Source of the DNA: an uncultured delta proteobacterium
GTDB taxonomy: Bacteria; Myxococcota_A; Polyangia; Fen-1088
DNA: 64,000 nucleotides
Assembly: GCA_963767925.1 (NCBI GenBank)
Contig: CAVYGB010000008.1
Coordinates: 2,528,001-2,592,000 of the forward strand
Direction of reading: 5' to 3'
Position numbers and translations under genes: made by a program
The notes under the pieces: generated by a model
Databases searched by the model: none
The model's input: only the letters and a program-made list of their open reading frames with translations
What the model was told of the DNA's origin: nothing
Shown here: piece after piece, positions 13,472 through 22,421 of the stretch
Layout of the letters: each line of letters opens with the position of its first letter
Position numbering within the stretch: the stretch's first letter is position 1

Positions 13472-14371
13472 ATGGACAGAGCACAGGACGGCGACAAACC
13501 GACGGATCCTCGCGACCAGGGCAAGAAGCCGCCCTTTCCCGAGCAGGAGCAGCGCCACCCCGGCAGCGAGCAGCAGATGTCGCCCCGGCCGGACTTCGGC
13601 GAGACCAGCTACCGCGGCCTGGGCCGCCTGCGTGAGCGGACCGCCCTGATCACCGGCGGCGACAGCGGCATCGGCCGCGCGGTGGCCCTGGCCTTCGCCC
13701 GCGAGGGGGCCGACGTCGCCATCTCCTATCTGAGCGAGCACGAGGATGCCCGCGAGAGCCAGCGGGTCGTCGAGGCGGCCGGCCGCCGGGCGCTGCTGCT
13801 GCCGGGCGACATCGCCGACGACGCCCACTGCGCCCGCATCGCGCGCGAGGCCACCGCCAAGCTGGGGCACCTAGACATCCTCGTAAACAACGCCGCCTTC
13901 CAGGGCAAGGCGGTCGAACGCTTCGAGGAGATCGACGCCCAGCGGGTGTTTCAGACCCTGCTGGTCAACGTGGCGGCGATGTTCAACCTGACCCGGCACG
14001 CGCTGGCCCACATGAAGGCGGGCGCGACGATCATCAACGTGGCCTCCATCCAGGCCTACAAGCCCTCGCCACCCATCCTCGATTACGCCGCCACCAAGGG
14101 CGCCATCGTCACCTTCACCAAGGGGCTGGCCCAGCACCTCATCGAGCGGGGCATCCGGGTCAACTGCGTGGCGCCGGGCCCGGTCTGGACGCCGCTGGTC
14201 GTGCAGTCCTTCGACGCCGAGAAGAACGCCCGCTTCGGCCAGGACGCCCCCATGGAGCGCCCGGCCCAGCCGGTCGAGCTGGCCCCCGCCTTCGTCTTCC
14301 TCGCCAGCGACGAGAGCCGCTACGTCAACGGCGAGGTCCTCGGCGTCACCGGCGGCAAGCCCCTGGCCTGA
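13472..14371 (+). CDS. SDR-family oxidoreductase (YghA/general-stress type)
   Basis: ALITGGDSGIGRAVA, LVNNAA, YAATK, IRVNCVAPGPVWTPL and an N-terminal 'QxxPGxExxMxPxPD' extension. Confidence 0.92.
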   Translation: MDRAQDGDKPTDPRDQGKKPPFPEQEQRHPGSEQQMSPRPDFGETSYRGLGRLRERTALITGGDSGIGRAVALAFAREGADVAISYLSEHEDARESQRVVEAAGRRALLLPGDIADDAHCARIAREATAKLGHLDILVNNAAFQGKAVERFEEIDAQRVFQTLLVNVAAMFNLTRHALAHMKAGATIINVASIQAYKPSPPILDYAATKGAIVTFTKGLAQHLIERGIRVNCVAPGPVWTPLVVQSFDAEKNARFGQDAPMERPAQPVELAPAFVFLASDESRYVNGEVLGVTGGKPLA

Positions 14372-14393
14372 GGGGCGCCGCCGGGCACCGCGG

Positions 14394-15434
14394 TCAGGGG
14401 GTCAGCGCGAAGCAGTAGATGCCGCCCCAGCCGCCGCCCGAGCCGATGCTCTGGCCGTTGCCGGGACCGTTCTGGACCAGGTTCACGCCGGCGGCGCAGC
14501 TCCGGGTCGTGTGCACGGTGACCCAGCTCGCGCCGCTGCCGGCGGGCCAGCTATGGCCGAGCTGGATCGATCCGGTTCCGGCGGCGGCGGTCCAGTCCTG
14601 GCAGGTGTTCGCCCGGTTCATGCTGGCCAGCCGGCCCTGACGGTTGGACCCGGTGATGACGTCGTGGGTGTCGTTGGGCTGCGCGCTCGGTCGCCCCCGG
14701 CCCTTCTCGTCGGCGAGGTCGCTGACCGCCTGGGGATCGCCCATGGGTCGGTTGCCGGTGAGGAGGCCGGCCTTCGTCTTGGCGATGAGGCGGGCGTTGC
14801 GGTCGTACCAGGGGCCCTCGCCGATGCGGTCGATGGCGTGGACGGGCTGGCCCTGGGGGCCCTGCACGACGCTGAGGAAAGCCCGCCAGGTCTTGCTGCC
14901 GAAGCCCTCGCTCTCGGCGATGGTCTGGCAGATCTTGTCGGCCCCCTCGAGGCCGCTGGCGGTGCCGAAGGTGAGGTTGCCGCCGAAGCCGCTCTGGCTG
15001 CCGGAGAGCCGGCGCATGGCCGCCAGGCTCGTGTAAAAGAAGCTGAAGCGCTGATCGTTGCCGGGGCTGGCGTTGCCCGCGTCGCTGGTCGGTGGGGTGG
15101 CGCCGCCGGCGTCGCGCCGGCCGGCGTCGAGGGCCCGGGCCGCGTCAGGGGCCCGGGCCGCGTCGGGCCGACGGGCGTCGGGGGCCCGGCCGCCTGCCCC
15201 ACCCGCTCCACCCGCGCCGGCCTGACCGCCGCCGCCGCTGCCCGCGGTGCCGGCGCTGCCGCCCGAGCCCGCGGTCCCGGCGCCGCCGCCGCTGCCCGCG
15301 GTGCCCGAAGGACCGCCGGTGCCGGCGACCGAGCCGCCGGTGCCGGCCGGGCCCGGCTCCTCCGGCTCGGAGACGCAGGCGAGCGTGGCGATGAACGAGA
15401 GCGACAGGAGGACGCGGGCGGTTGCTTGGTTCAT
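14394..15434 (-). CDS. Lipoprotein with Gly-rich linker and C-terminal endostatin/DUF1554-like lectin-fold domain
   Basis: Lipobox TLA-C, a GTGG/GSGG linker, then GLEGADKICQ...TWRAFLS...TCQDWT...IYCFA. Confidence 0.7.
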   Translation of the reverse strand: MNQATARVLLSLSFIATLACVSEPEEPGPAGTGGSVAGTGGPSGTAGSGGGAGTAGSGGSAGTAGSGGGGQAGAGGAGGAGGRAPDARRPDAARAPDAARALDAGRRDAGGATPPTSDAGNASPGNDQRFSFFYTSLAAMRRLSGSQSGFGGNLTFGTASGLEGADKICQTIAESEGFGSKTWRAFLSVVQGPQGQPVHAIDRIGEGPWYDRNARLIAKTKAGLLTGNRPMGDPQAVSDLADEKGRGRPSAQPNDTHDVITGSNRQGRLASMNRANTCQDWTAAAGTGSIQLGHSWPAGSGASWVTVHTTRSCAAGVNLVQNGPGNGQSIGSGGGWGGIYCFALTP

Positions 15435-15764
15435 GGGTGCCTGACTTGCTGGATGTAGGCGGATGGGGGTGAGGTCGACATATTAGTGACTCCGAGGTGA
15501 CGAGATCGTCACGACTGTCGCCGCCGGCGCGCAGCGAGGCAGCATTTTCGGCGCCGGGCGGAGCAATGCTGTGTGTCGACAGCGGGGCGCGAGGCGCCCT
15601 TTTCGGGCTCGGGGCCTGCCTGCCTGCGGCGTTCGTGAGCAGATCGAGCAGGAAGGGCCAGCGACAGGTCGGCTGCTGGAGGAGGCTGTCACCAGATTGT
15701 CGTTTGCCCAGCTGCGGGCACCCGTTCGCAAGAACGCCTCCCCTCGCCTCCTTCAGGAGGGACC

Positions 15765-17741
15765 ATGCACCGGAAGTTGGCCGTCCTCGGTTTGCTCGCT
15801 CCGACTCTGTTCGCCACCGCCGTCCGTGCCGATTGCAACGATCCGTTCGGCAAGCCGGAGGAGGTGCTCGATTTCCACCTCAAGCTGTCGAGCGCCGACT
15901 GGGCCCGGCTGCTCGCCGAACGGGTGCGCAACCCCGACGGGTTCGGCGTCGACTCCGAGGCCTGCCGGGATGCCTTCACCGAGCTCAAGGCCGAGTTCCG
16001 CTGTGGCGGCGAGGGCCCCTGGCTCAAGGTCGCGGTCCGGCGCAAGAAGGGCGAGGAGCGCGGGGTGGAGGCCTTCGAGAAGCCGCCCCTCAAGATCGAC
16101 TTCAACGAGGACTTCATGGGCACCGTGCCCGAGGCCATGGGCCAGCGCTGGCCCGCCTCGATGGGCGACCTCGGCTACCGCAAGGTCACGCTCAACACCG
16201 GGCAGTCGAACAAGGCGCCTGACGGGCGCACCTCGGTTCTGCCGGTTCTGCACACCGAACACGTGGCGCTGCGGCTGCTCGGCAAGGACGTGCCGCTGAC
16301 CCCGGGCACGGCGTACGCCAAGGTCACCACCTACCTCGATGGCAGCGACCAGGGCATCTACCGCGGCGTGTACATCCTCATCGAGGACATCGACCGCACC
16401 GCCCTGCGGCGGCGCGGGCTGGTTGGCAGCGGGCGGCTGGAGAAGCAGTCCGCGGCCAACTGCCGGCCCGAGGCAGAGTTCGACGACGGTCCGCCCAACG
16501 AGGCCAAGGCGAGCTTCGACGCCTTCCTGACCAAGAACCCGACCCAGTTCGCGGGGCGCTGGCTGGCCGAGTCCCAGCGGGGGCTGGACGTCGACGTGGC
16601 CCTCCGGCAAGAGGCGATCCGGGAGATCCTGATCAACGGCAACGACACCCTCTTCAACTCGATCAACCCGCCGGCCTACCAGGCCGGGGGATCGCCGCCC
16701 GGGTGGGGCAACAACTGGGTCGCCTTCGATCCCCGCACGGGGGTCCGGCAGTTCGCGCCCTGGGACCTCGACCTGGCCTTCGGACAGCAGAACGGCTCGT
16801 GCAGCCCGCCGCTGCTGCCGGGTGGCACCGGCCTGCAGTGCCCGGCCACCGTGCCGCTGATGACCTGGTGCACGGGGCCCGCGCCCTACGCCCGCACCAT
16901 CGCGGCGCTCGGCCAGCGCCTGGCCTGCAACCCGGAGGTCAAGACCCGCTACCTCCAGGTGATGTGCCAGCTCACCAACGGGCCGCTGGCGGCCGACGAG
17001 ATCCTGAAGGTCTGGACCCAGGTGTACGAGACGCTGCGGCCGGTGATCCCGCTGGAGCGCGAGCGGACCTGGCGGGGCGTCGATCCCCTGGCGCCGCCGC
17101 CGAACGCCCAGATCAACGAGACCTTCGGGTCGGAGTACGAACGGCTGCGCCGCTGGATCCCGGATCGCATCCGGTTCGTGCAGCAGGAGATCGCCCGCCT
17201 CGGCGTGCCCTGCGCGGCCGGCTGCCCGGCCGGCGCGACCGACACCTGCAGCCACCTCGGCTGCCCCAGCCAGCGCCGCTGTGAAAACGGCCGCTGGACC
17301 GCCTGCCTCGCCACCACCGCCTGCAACGCCGCACCCCCGGTGGCGGTCGACGGCGGCGCGCCCGGCGTCCCGGTGGACGGCGGCCTGCCCGGCAGCGACG
17401 CGGGTCAGCCGCCTGCCGGTGGCACCGGCGGCGCGGGTGGCGCTCCTTCTATACCGGCCCCCACCGCGGGAGCGCCGGGGACCGCCGGGATGCCCGGAAC
17501 GGCGCCTGGCGCCGGTGGCGCCTCGGGGACGCCTCCCGGGACCGCTGGCGTGTCCGGCAACGGCGCGGGTGGCAGCGGCGGCGGCGCCGGCTTGCCGCCC
17601 ACCCCCGGTGGCGGCGGCCCCGAGGGCGGCTGTCAGTGCCAGATCGGGCTGCCAGGCGCGGGCGGCGGGGCACCCGGCGCAGCCGGCCTCTTCGGCCTCC
17701 TGCTGCTGGTCCTGCGGCGCTCGGCCCGCCGCCGGCGCTGA
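15765..17741 (+). CDS. Secreted CotH-kinase-family protein with C-terminal MYXO-CTERM-like sorting signal
   Basis: Signal peptide; KPPLKIDFN, GVYILIEDID and PWDLDLAFG (CotH-like); Cys-rich then Gly/Pro linker; tail GGCQCQ...GLFGLLLLVLRRSARRRR. Confidence 0.8.
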   Translation: MHRKLAVLGLLAPTLFATAVRADCNDPFGKPEEVLDFHLKLSSADWARLLAERVRNPDGFGVDSEACRDAFTELKAEFRCGGEGPWLKVAVRRKKGEERGVEAFEKPPLKIDFNEDFMGTVPEAMGQRWPASMGDLGYRKVTLNTGQSNKAPDGRTSVLPVLHTEHVALRLLGKDVPLTPGTAYAKVTTYLDGSDQGIYRGVYILIEDIDRTALRRRGLVGSGRLEKQSAANCRPEAEFDDGPPNEAKASFDAFLTKNPTQFAGRWLAESQRGLDVDVALRQEAIREILINGNDTLFNSINPPAYQAGGSPPGWGNNWVAFDPRTGVRQFAPWDLDLAFGQQNGSCSPPLLPGGTGLQCPATVPLMTWCTGPAPYARTIAALGQRLACNPEVKTRYLQVMCQLTNGPLAADEILKVWTQVYETLRPVIPLERERTWRGVDPLAPPPNAQINETFGSEYERLRRWIPDRIRFVQQEIARLGVPCAAGCPAGATDTCSHLGCPSQRRCENGRWTACLATTACNAAPPVAVDGGAPGVPVDGGLPGSDAGQPPAGGTGGAGGAPSIPAPTAGAPGTAGMPGTAPGAGGASGTPPGTAGVSGNGAGGSGGGAGLPPTPGGGGPEGGCQCQIGLPGAGGGAPGAAGLFGLLLLVLRRSARRRR

Positions 17742-17751
17742 TCGGGCGGGC

Positions 17752-18024
17752 TCAGGTCCCGCCGAAGCGGGCGGCCGAGCGGGCCTTGGCCCGGGCCGCC
17801 TCCACCGCCCGGTCGCGCGGAGGCGACGTGGTCACCAGGTCGTCGACAAGCTTCCGGGCCACGCGGGCCACGTCGTCGACTGCCTGCTGAAACAGCGCCT
17901 CGTTGGCCTTCGAGGGGGCGGTGAAGCCGCTCAGCTTGCGGATAAATTGCAGCGAGGCGGCCCGGATCTCCTCGTCCGTGGCGGGCGGCTCGAAGTTGAA
18001 CAGCGTCTTGATGCTGCGGCACAT
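17752..18024 (-). CDS. DUF2277-family protein
   Basis: MCRSIKTLFNFEPPATDEEIRAASLQFIRKLSGF...PPRDRAVEAARAKARSAARF is the typical family signature. Confidence 0.9.
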   Translation of the reverse strand: MCRSIKTLFNFEPPATDEEIRAASLQFIRKLSGFTAPSKANEALFQQAVDDVARVARKLVDDLVTTSPPRDRAVEAARAKARSAARFGGT

Positions 18025-18089
18025 GATGGCTGTCGCTGGTTCTGTCACGGCCGCCCGGCTGGTGCCAGAGGCGGCCGCGGCCACCGGGA

Positions 18090-19604
18090 TCAGGCCCGAA
18101 GGCCGGTGATGTCGCTGCTGATCTCGCCGAGCGCGGCGATCGACGGGCCGCCCACCGCCCGCATGGCCGACAGCGACACCGAGGCCGGGTGCTGGCCGGT
18201 CGCCACCAGGTGGCTGCCGAGCCTGAGGCCGAGGTTGCGCCCGCCCACCACCACCGCGGCCATCCCCTCGCTCGTGTGGGGCGGTCGCTCGCCGGCGACC
18301 TCGCCGCTCTCGAGCCGGGTGTTGCCCAGGCCCGCCTCCATGACGAACACGATGGCCGTGTTGTCGAGCATGCTGCCGCTGGCCTCGGGCGTGTCCTTGA
18401 GCTTCCGGGCCAGGCTGGCGACGTGTTTGACGTGCCAGCGGATGCACTCGGCCACCGAGAGGTTGTTGCCCTCGCCGTGGGTGGCCTCGTGCAGCGGCGG
18501 CGGGGCGAGCGCGCTGCCGTCCCAGTTGCGGTAGGTGATGCCGAGCGAGGTCGGCAGCACGATGCCCGACATGCTGGAGGTCAGCTCCAGCGAGACGACC
18601 CGGGTCAGATCGCAGGCGAAGGCCAGGTGGATGAGGTCGACGAAGCTGGCCGCCCGCAGGTCCTCGTTGGCGTACCCCTGGCTGGCGGCCGGGTCGGCTC
18701 CGGGACGCGGCGGGACGGCGCAGCTCCCGCCGACGGAGCCTCCACCCGGCGCGTTCAGCGTGCCTTCCAGGCGCTGCTCGAGGGTGAGGACGTTGTCGAG
18801 GTGCTGGTCGAGGCGCTGCCGGTCAGCCGCGCCCAGCTTCGGCTGCAGGCGGCCGTAGGCCCGGCGCACGCGGGCCAGGATGTCCTGCCGCCGGAGCAGC
18901 TCGGGATCGGGAGGGGGCGCTGGGCCGCCGGAGGTCGGCGGCGTGAAGCCGCTGAACAGCCGGTCGAACGCCACCCGGGGCGACACGACCGGATCGTTGT
19001 GCACCGTGTGCGGATCCCAGCGCTCGTCGCGGTCGGGCCGGGGACGGAAGGAGATGTTGTCGATGGCGTGGTTGGGCGTGTGCTCGGCCGACTGGACCCG
19101 GTAGACGAGCGAGGGGAAACGGGTGGCCGCGCCGATCCGCTCGGCCAGCAGCCAGTCGCAGGAGGGGCCGTAGGCGTAGCGCGAGTAGGCGTCGTCCAGC
19201 TCGGAGACCCCGGAGACGATGGGGCCCATGGTCTCGTAGTGAAAGCCGGTGCTGCCGTAGCGCCGCCCGTTGCCAGAGCCGGTGCGAGGGATGCGCAGGG
19301 CCGAGATGACGGTCGTGTCGGCCTTGAGGCCCTGGGCCTCGAGCGGCTCGAGGCCCACCTTGAAGGGCGCGCTGAAGGGACCGGCGGCGTCGGGGATGAC
19401 GAACTGGGGGGGCTTGCCGGTGCGGTCGTCGACCTCCTGGCCGACCGGGGGGATGCCGCAATAGACGAAGACGAAACGCCGGGGCCCCGCCGCCTGGGCG
19501 AAGCTCCGCTTGTCGAGCATCACCTCGAGCAGGGGCAGCGCCACCGCCGAGCCAAGGGCGCCCTTGAGCAGCGCCCGCCTATCGAGCGAAAACGACCTCG
19601 CCAT
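18090..19604 (-). CDS. DUF1552-domain protein (Tat-like twin-arginine leader)
   Basis: DRRALLKG...ALPLLEVM, RRFVFVY, DRQRLDQHLD, AFACDLTRV, GSMLDNTAIV; follows the DUF1592 partner. Three in-frame ATGs (19625/19616/19604). Confidence 0.85.
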   Translation of the reverse strand: MARSFSLDRRALLKGALGSAVALPLLEVMLDKRSFAQAAGPRRFVFVYCGIPPVGQEVDDRTGKPPQFVIPDAAGPFSAPFKVGLEPLEAQGLKADTTVISALRIPRTGSGNGRRYGSTGFHYETMGPIVSGVSELDDAYSRYAYGPSCDWLLAERIGAATRFPSLVYRVQSAEHTPNHAIDNISFRPRPDRDERWDPHTVHNDPVVSPRVAFDRLFSGFTPPTSGGPAPPPDPELLRRQDILARVRRAYGRLQPKLGAADRQRLDQHLDNVLTLEQRLEGTLNAPGGGSVGGSCAVPPRPGADPAASQGYANEDLRAASFVDLIHLAFACDLTRVVSLELTSSMSGIVLPTSLGITYRNWDGSALAPPPLHEATHGEGNNLSVAECIRWHVKHVASLARKLKDTPEASGSMLDNTAIVFVMEAGLGNTRLESGEVAGERPPHTSEGMAAVVVGGRNLGLRLGSHLVATGQHPASVSLSAMRAVGGPSIAALGEISSDITGLRA

Positions 19605-19621
19605 CCTCCTCGCCATCCTCC

Positions 19622-21280
19622 TCATTCCTCGCGGTAGCGAAAGTTCTCGTGGCTGACGTAGGCCAGCAACATCGCCCGGAAGCTGTGGCCCGCCTGCTCC
19701 ATCTGCGCGCCCAGCCAGGCGGCCCGGGGCGCGTCGCTGTCGTCGAGCTGGCGGCCGGCCGCGAAGCGCATGAAATATTCGGCGACGCAGGGGGAAAAGC
19801 GGGGCGAGTCGGCCAGGAGGGTGGCCAGCTCGCGCGCGCCGGTGAAGGTGACGCCGCCGTCCAGGGTGCCGACCCCGTCGATGACACACTCGGGGTTGTC
19901 GGCGTCGTGGGTGCGGTAGCGGCCCAGCTCGTCGAAGTTCTCGAGCCCGAACCCGATGGGGTCCATGAGGGCGTGGCAGTCGGCGCAGCCGGGATCCTCG
20001 CGGTGCTGCCGGTAACGGTCGATCTTGCACGCGTCGGGCGACTCGGCCTCGGGGGGCAGGTCGACGTCCACCTCGACGCCGGCCGGAGGGAGCTGCACCG
20101 GCTGGCAGAGGAAGCGCTCGCGGATGAACTTGCCCCGCCGGGTGGGGCTGGTGTCGGTGAACTTGGAGCCGGCGGCGGCGAACAGCCCGTGCGCGAGGAT
20201 GCCCCGGCGGGGCGCCTCGCCGTAGTCGACCCAGCCGAACCCGGGGCCGGCCGCCGCGAGGTCGTAGTGCTCGGCCAGCTCGGCGTCGATCCGCGTGTCG
20301 TCGGCCAGCAGGAGGTGGCGGTGGTCGCGGGTCGCCTCGGTGGCCCGGTCGACCAGGGCGTCGGTCTCGGTGCGGAGCTTGCTCTGGATGGGGAGGCTGT
20401 CGAGGCGGGCGTAGCCGAGCCAGAAGGCGTGGAACCGCCGCACCTGCTGCTGGCCCTCCTCGCTGGCCAGCAAGCGTTCGGCCTGGCTCCGGCGGCCGGC
20501 CGCGCTGTCGAGGGCGCGGTCCTCGGCGGCGGCCAGCAGGGCGTCGTCCGGGGTCATGCCCTGCAGCAGGAACGACAGGCGGCTGGCCACCTCGTAGCCG
20601 CCGAGCTTGATCCGGCCGGGCGCCACCTCGGCCACCCCCGGCTCGACCCGGTAGATGAACTCCGGGTGCATGAGGAACAGGCGCAGCCCCATGGCGACCG
20701 CGTCGGCGAAGCGACCCGATGCGCGGGCGTAGGAGAGCAGCTCGAGGAAGTCGACCTTCTCCTCGGCGCCGACCGGCCGGCGCAGCGCCCGCTTGCCGAA
20801 CCCCTCGACGAAGCGACCGAAGCAGGCCTCGTCGGCGGCGCCGGCGGGTGTGCAGGGCAGCAGCCGCTGCAGGCGCTCGGGGGTGGCCACCGCCCAGGTC
20901 GCGATCTCCCCGGCGATCGACTCCATCGCCTCGACGAGGAGCAGCGAGGGCGACTGGCCGAGCACGTCGTTGTCGAAGGGGGTGAGCGTCTCGTCGGGCA
21001 GCAGCGCGGTGTCGACCGGGACGTCGGGGCCCAGCAGGCGCTGCAGGGAGCGGGCGACCTCCTCCCGGCTCAGCCGGCGCGCCCCCGGGCTGCGCAGCGG
21101 CGGCCCGGCCATGGTCTCGACCCTGCCGGGATCACCCGGATCCCCCGTCCCACCGGCGCCCTCCGGGTCGAGGATCTGACCGTTACAGCCGAGCGCCAGG
21201 CCGATGGCCGCGGCCAGGAACGACACCCGGAGGGTCTGCGCCCGTCTCGCTGTTGGCAATGGCACCCGCTGGAGGTTCAA
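19622..21280 (-). CDS. DUF1592/DUF1588/DUF1595-type (PSD) multi-domain lipoprotein with CxxCH
   Basis: Lipobox LALG-C, RRLSREE, FGKRALRRP, ASRLSFLL..TPDDALL, TSPTRRGKFIRERFLC, CADCHALMDPIGFGLENFD. Start uncertain (TTG 21280). Confidence 0.85.
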   Translation of the reverse strand: MNLQRVPLPTARRAQTLRVSFLAAAIGLALGCNGQILDPEGAGGTGDPGDPGRVETMAGPPLRSPGARRLSREEVARSLQRLLGPDVPVDTALLPDETLTPFDNDVLGQSPSLLLVEAMESIAGEIATWAVATPERLQRLLPCTPAGAADEACFGRFVEGFGKRALRRPVGAEEKVDFLELLSYARASGRFADAVAMGLRLFLMHPEFIYRVEPGVAEVAPGRIKLGGYEVASRLSFLLQGMTPDDALLAAAEDRALDSAAGRRSQAERLLASEEGQQQVRRFHAFWLGYARLDSLPIQSKLRTETDALVDRATEATRDHRHLLLADDTRIDAELAEHYDLAAAGPGFGWVDYGEAPRRGILAHGLFAAAGSKFTDTSPTRRGKFIRERFLCQPVQLPPAGVEVDVDLPPEAESPDACKIDRYRQHREDPGCADCHALMDPIGFGLENFDELGRYRTHDADNPECVIDGVGTLDGGVTFTGARELATLLADSPRFSPCVAEYFMRFAAGRQLDDSDAPRAAWLGAQMEQAGHSFRAMLLAYVSHENFRYREE

Positions 21281-21499
21281 CCGGTCCTGACTCCCATCGT
21301 CTGCTGGTCTGGAAACTTGAGCGCAACGGCGTCCGCTACCTACCGCTCCCGACCCCGATCGGCAGCCCTTACGGCGGCACTGCGCGGCGACGGCCGACCG
21401 CCGCAACGTCGGCTCGTCGCTCCGCATTTCCGCACCCGGGCGATCGCGTGTACGATGCCAGCGCCGAGCGGCGAATATGCCGCCCCGAGGAGGACGCAG

Positions 21500-21820
21500 A
21501 TGCGCACACCCTCATTCACGCACAGGTCCAGCATCGCCGCAATTGTCGCCGCCTGCGTCGTTGCCTGCGTCGTACCAAGCTACGCCGAGCCGAGGCGCGC
21601 CGCCGCTTCGACCGTCGAACCGGCCGCGCCCGCGCCGACGCCGGCGCCCCGGCCCACCCCGGGGACGCCCGACGAGGCGGCGCAGCTCGCCGAACGCGAG
21701 CGGCAAGCAGCAAACAAGCAGGATCAATCCCTTGCCGGGTTCGAGGCGGGGGCCCGCATCTCGGCGACAACCCTCATCATCGTCCTGCTGCTGGTCATCA
21801 TCCTCGTGCTCCTGCTCTGA
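21500..21820 (+). CDS. Small exported protein with C-terminal hydrophobic tail (PA2779-like architecture; putative C39 substrate)
   Basis: SD GAGGAGG at 21487; 106 aa: signal-like N-terminus, Pro/Ala linker, charged helix, LAGFEAGA, then RISATTLIIVLLLVIILVLLL-stop. Confidence 0.75.
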   Translation: MRTPSFTHRSSIAAIVAACVVACVVPSYAEPRRAAASTVEPAAPAPTPAPRPTPGTPDEAAQLAERERQAANKQDQSLAGFEAGARISATTLIIVLLLVIILVLLL

Positions 21821-21840
21821 GCCTCGAGGGCCGGCGTGGC

Positions 21841-22413
21841 ATGAGGTCGGCGGCCGTCCCGCTCCTGGTCGGGCTCGCGCTGCAGGTCGGCTGTTACACC
21901 GGCGCGGCCCGCTCGGTCTCGCCCCGGGAGATCGCCCGCGATCCGAGCTGGCTGCTGGTGCGCGACGTCCCCTTCGCCCGGCAGGAGGGGGACAAGGACT
22001 GCGGCGCCGCCGCGCTGGCCATGGTGCTGCAGCACTGGGGGCTGCCCGTGTCGGGCGCGGAGGTGCGCGCGGCCCACCCCGGCAGCGGCGCGCGGGGGCT
22101 GCGGGCGGGCGAGCTGCGCGACTTCTCCCGGGCCCGCGGGCTGGAGGCCTTCGTGATCGAGGGCCAGATCGCCGACATCACCCGCGAGCTCGAGCGGGCC
22201 CGCCCGGTCATCGTCGGCCTGGGCAAGCCCCACGCCGGGAAGGTCTACGCCCACTACGAGGTGGTGGTGGGCCTGCACCGGGCGCGCCGCCGGATCTTGA
22301 CCCTCGACCCGGCCCGGGGCTGGCGGGAGAGCTCCCTGGAGGGGTTCGCCGCCGAGTGGGCTCCGGCCCGGCAGCTCCTTCTGGTGGTGTTCCGGCTGGC
22401 CGGCCGTGGTTAG
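21841..22413 (+). CDS. Stand-alone peptidase C39-like cysteine protease, lipoprotein
   Basis: Lipobox-like LQVG-C; VPFARQ..DCGAAALAMVL (Gln/Cys), HYEVVVG (His), TLDPARG (Asp); no ABC domains. Confidence 0.85.
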   Translation: MRSAAVPLLVGLALQVGCYTGAARSVSPREIARDPSWLLVRDVPFARQEGDKDCGAAALAMVLQHWGLPVSGAEVRAAHPGSGARGLRAGELRDFSRARGLEAFVIEGQIADITRELERARPVIVGLGKPHAGKVYAHYEVVVGLHRARRRILTLDPARGWRESSLEGFAAEWAPARQLLLVVFRLAGRG

Positions 22414-22421
22414 CTGCCGCC

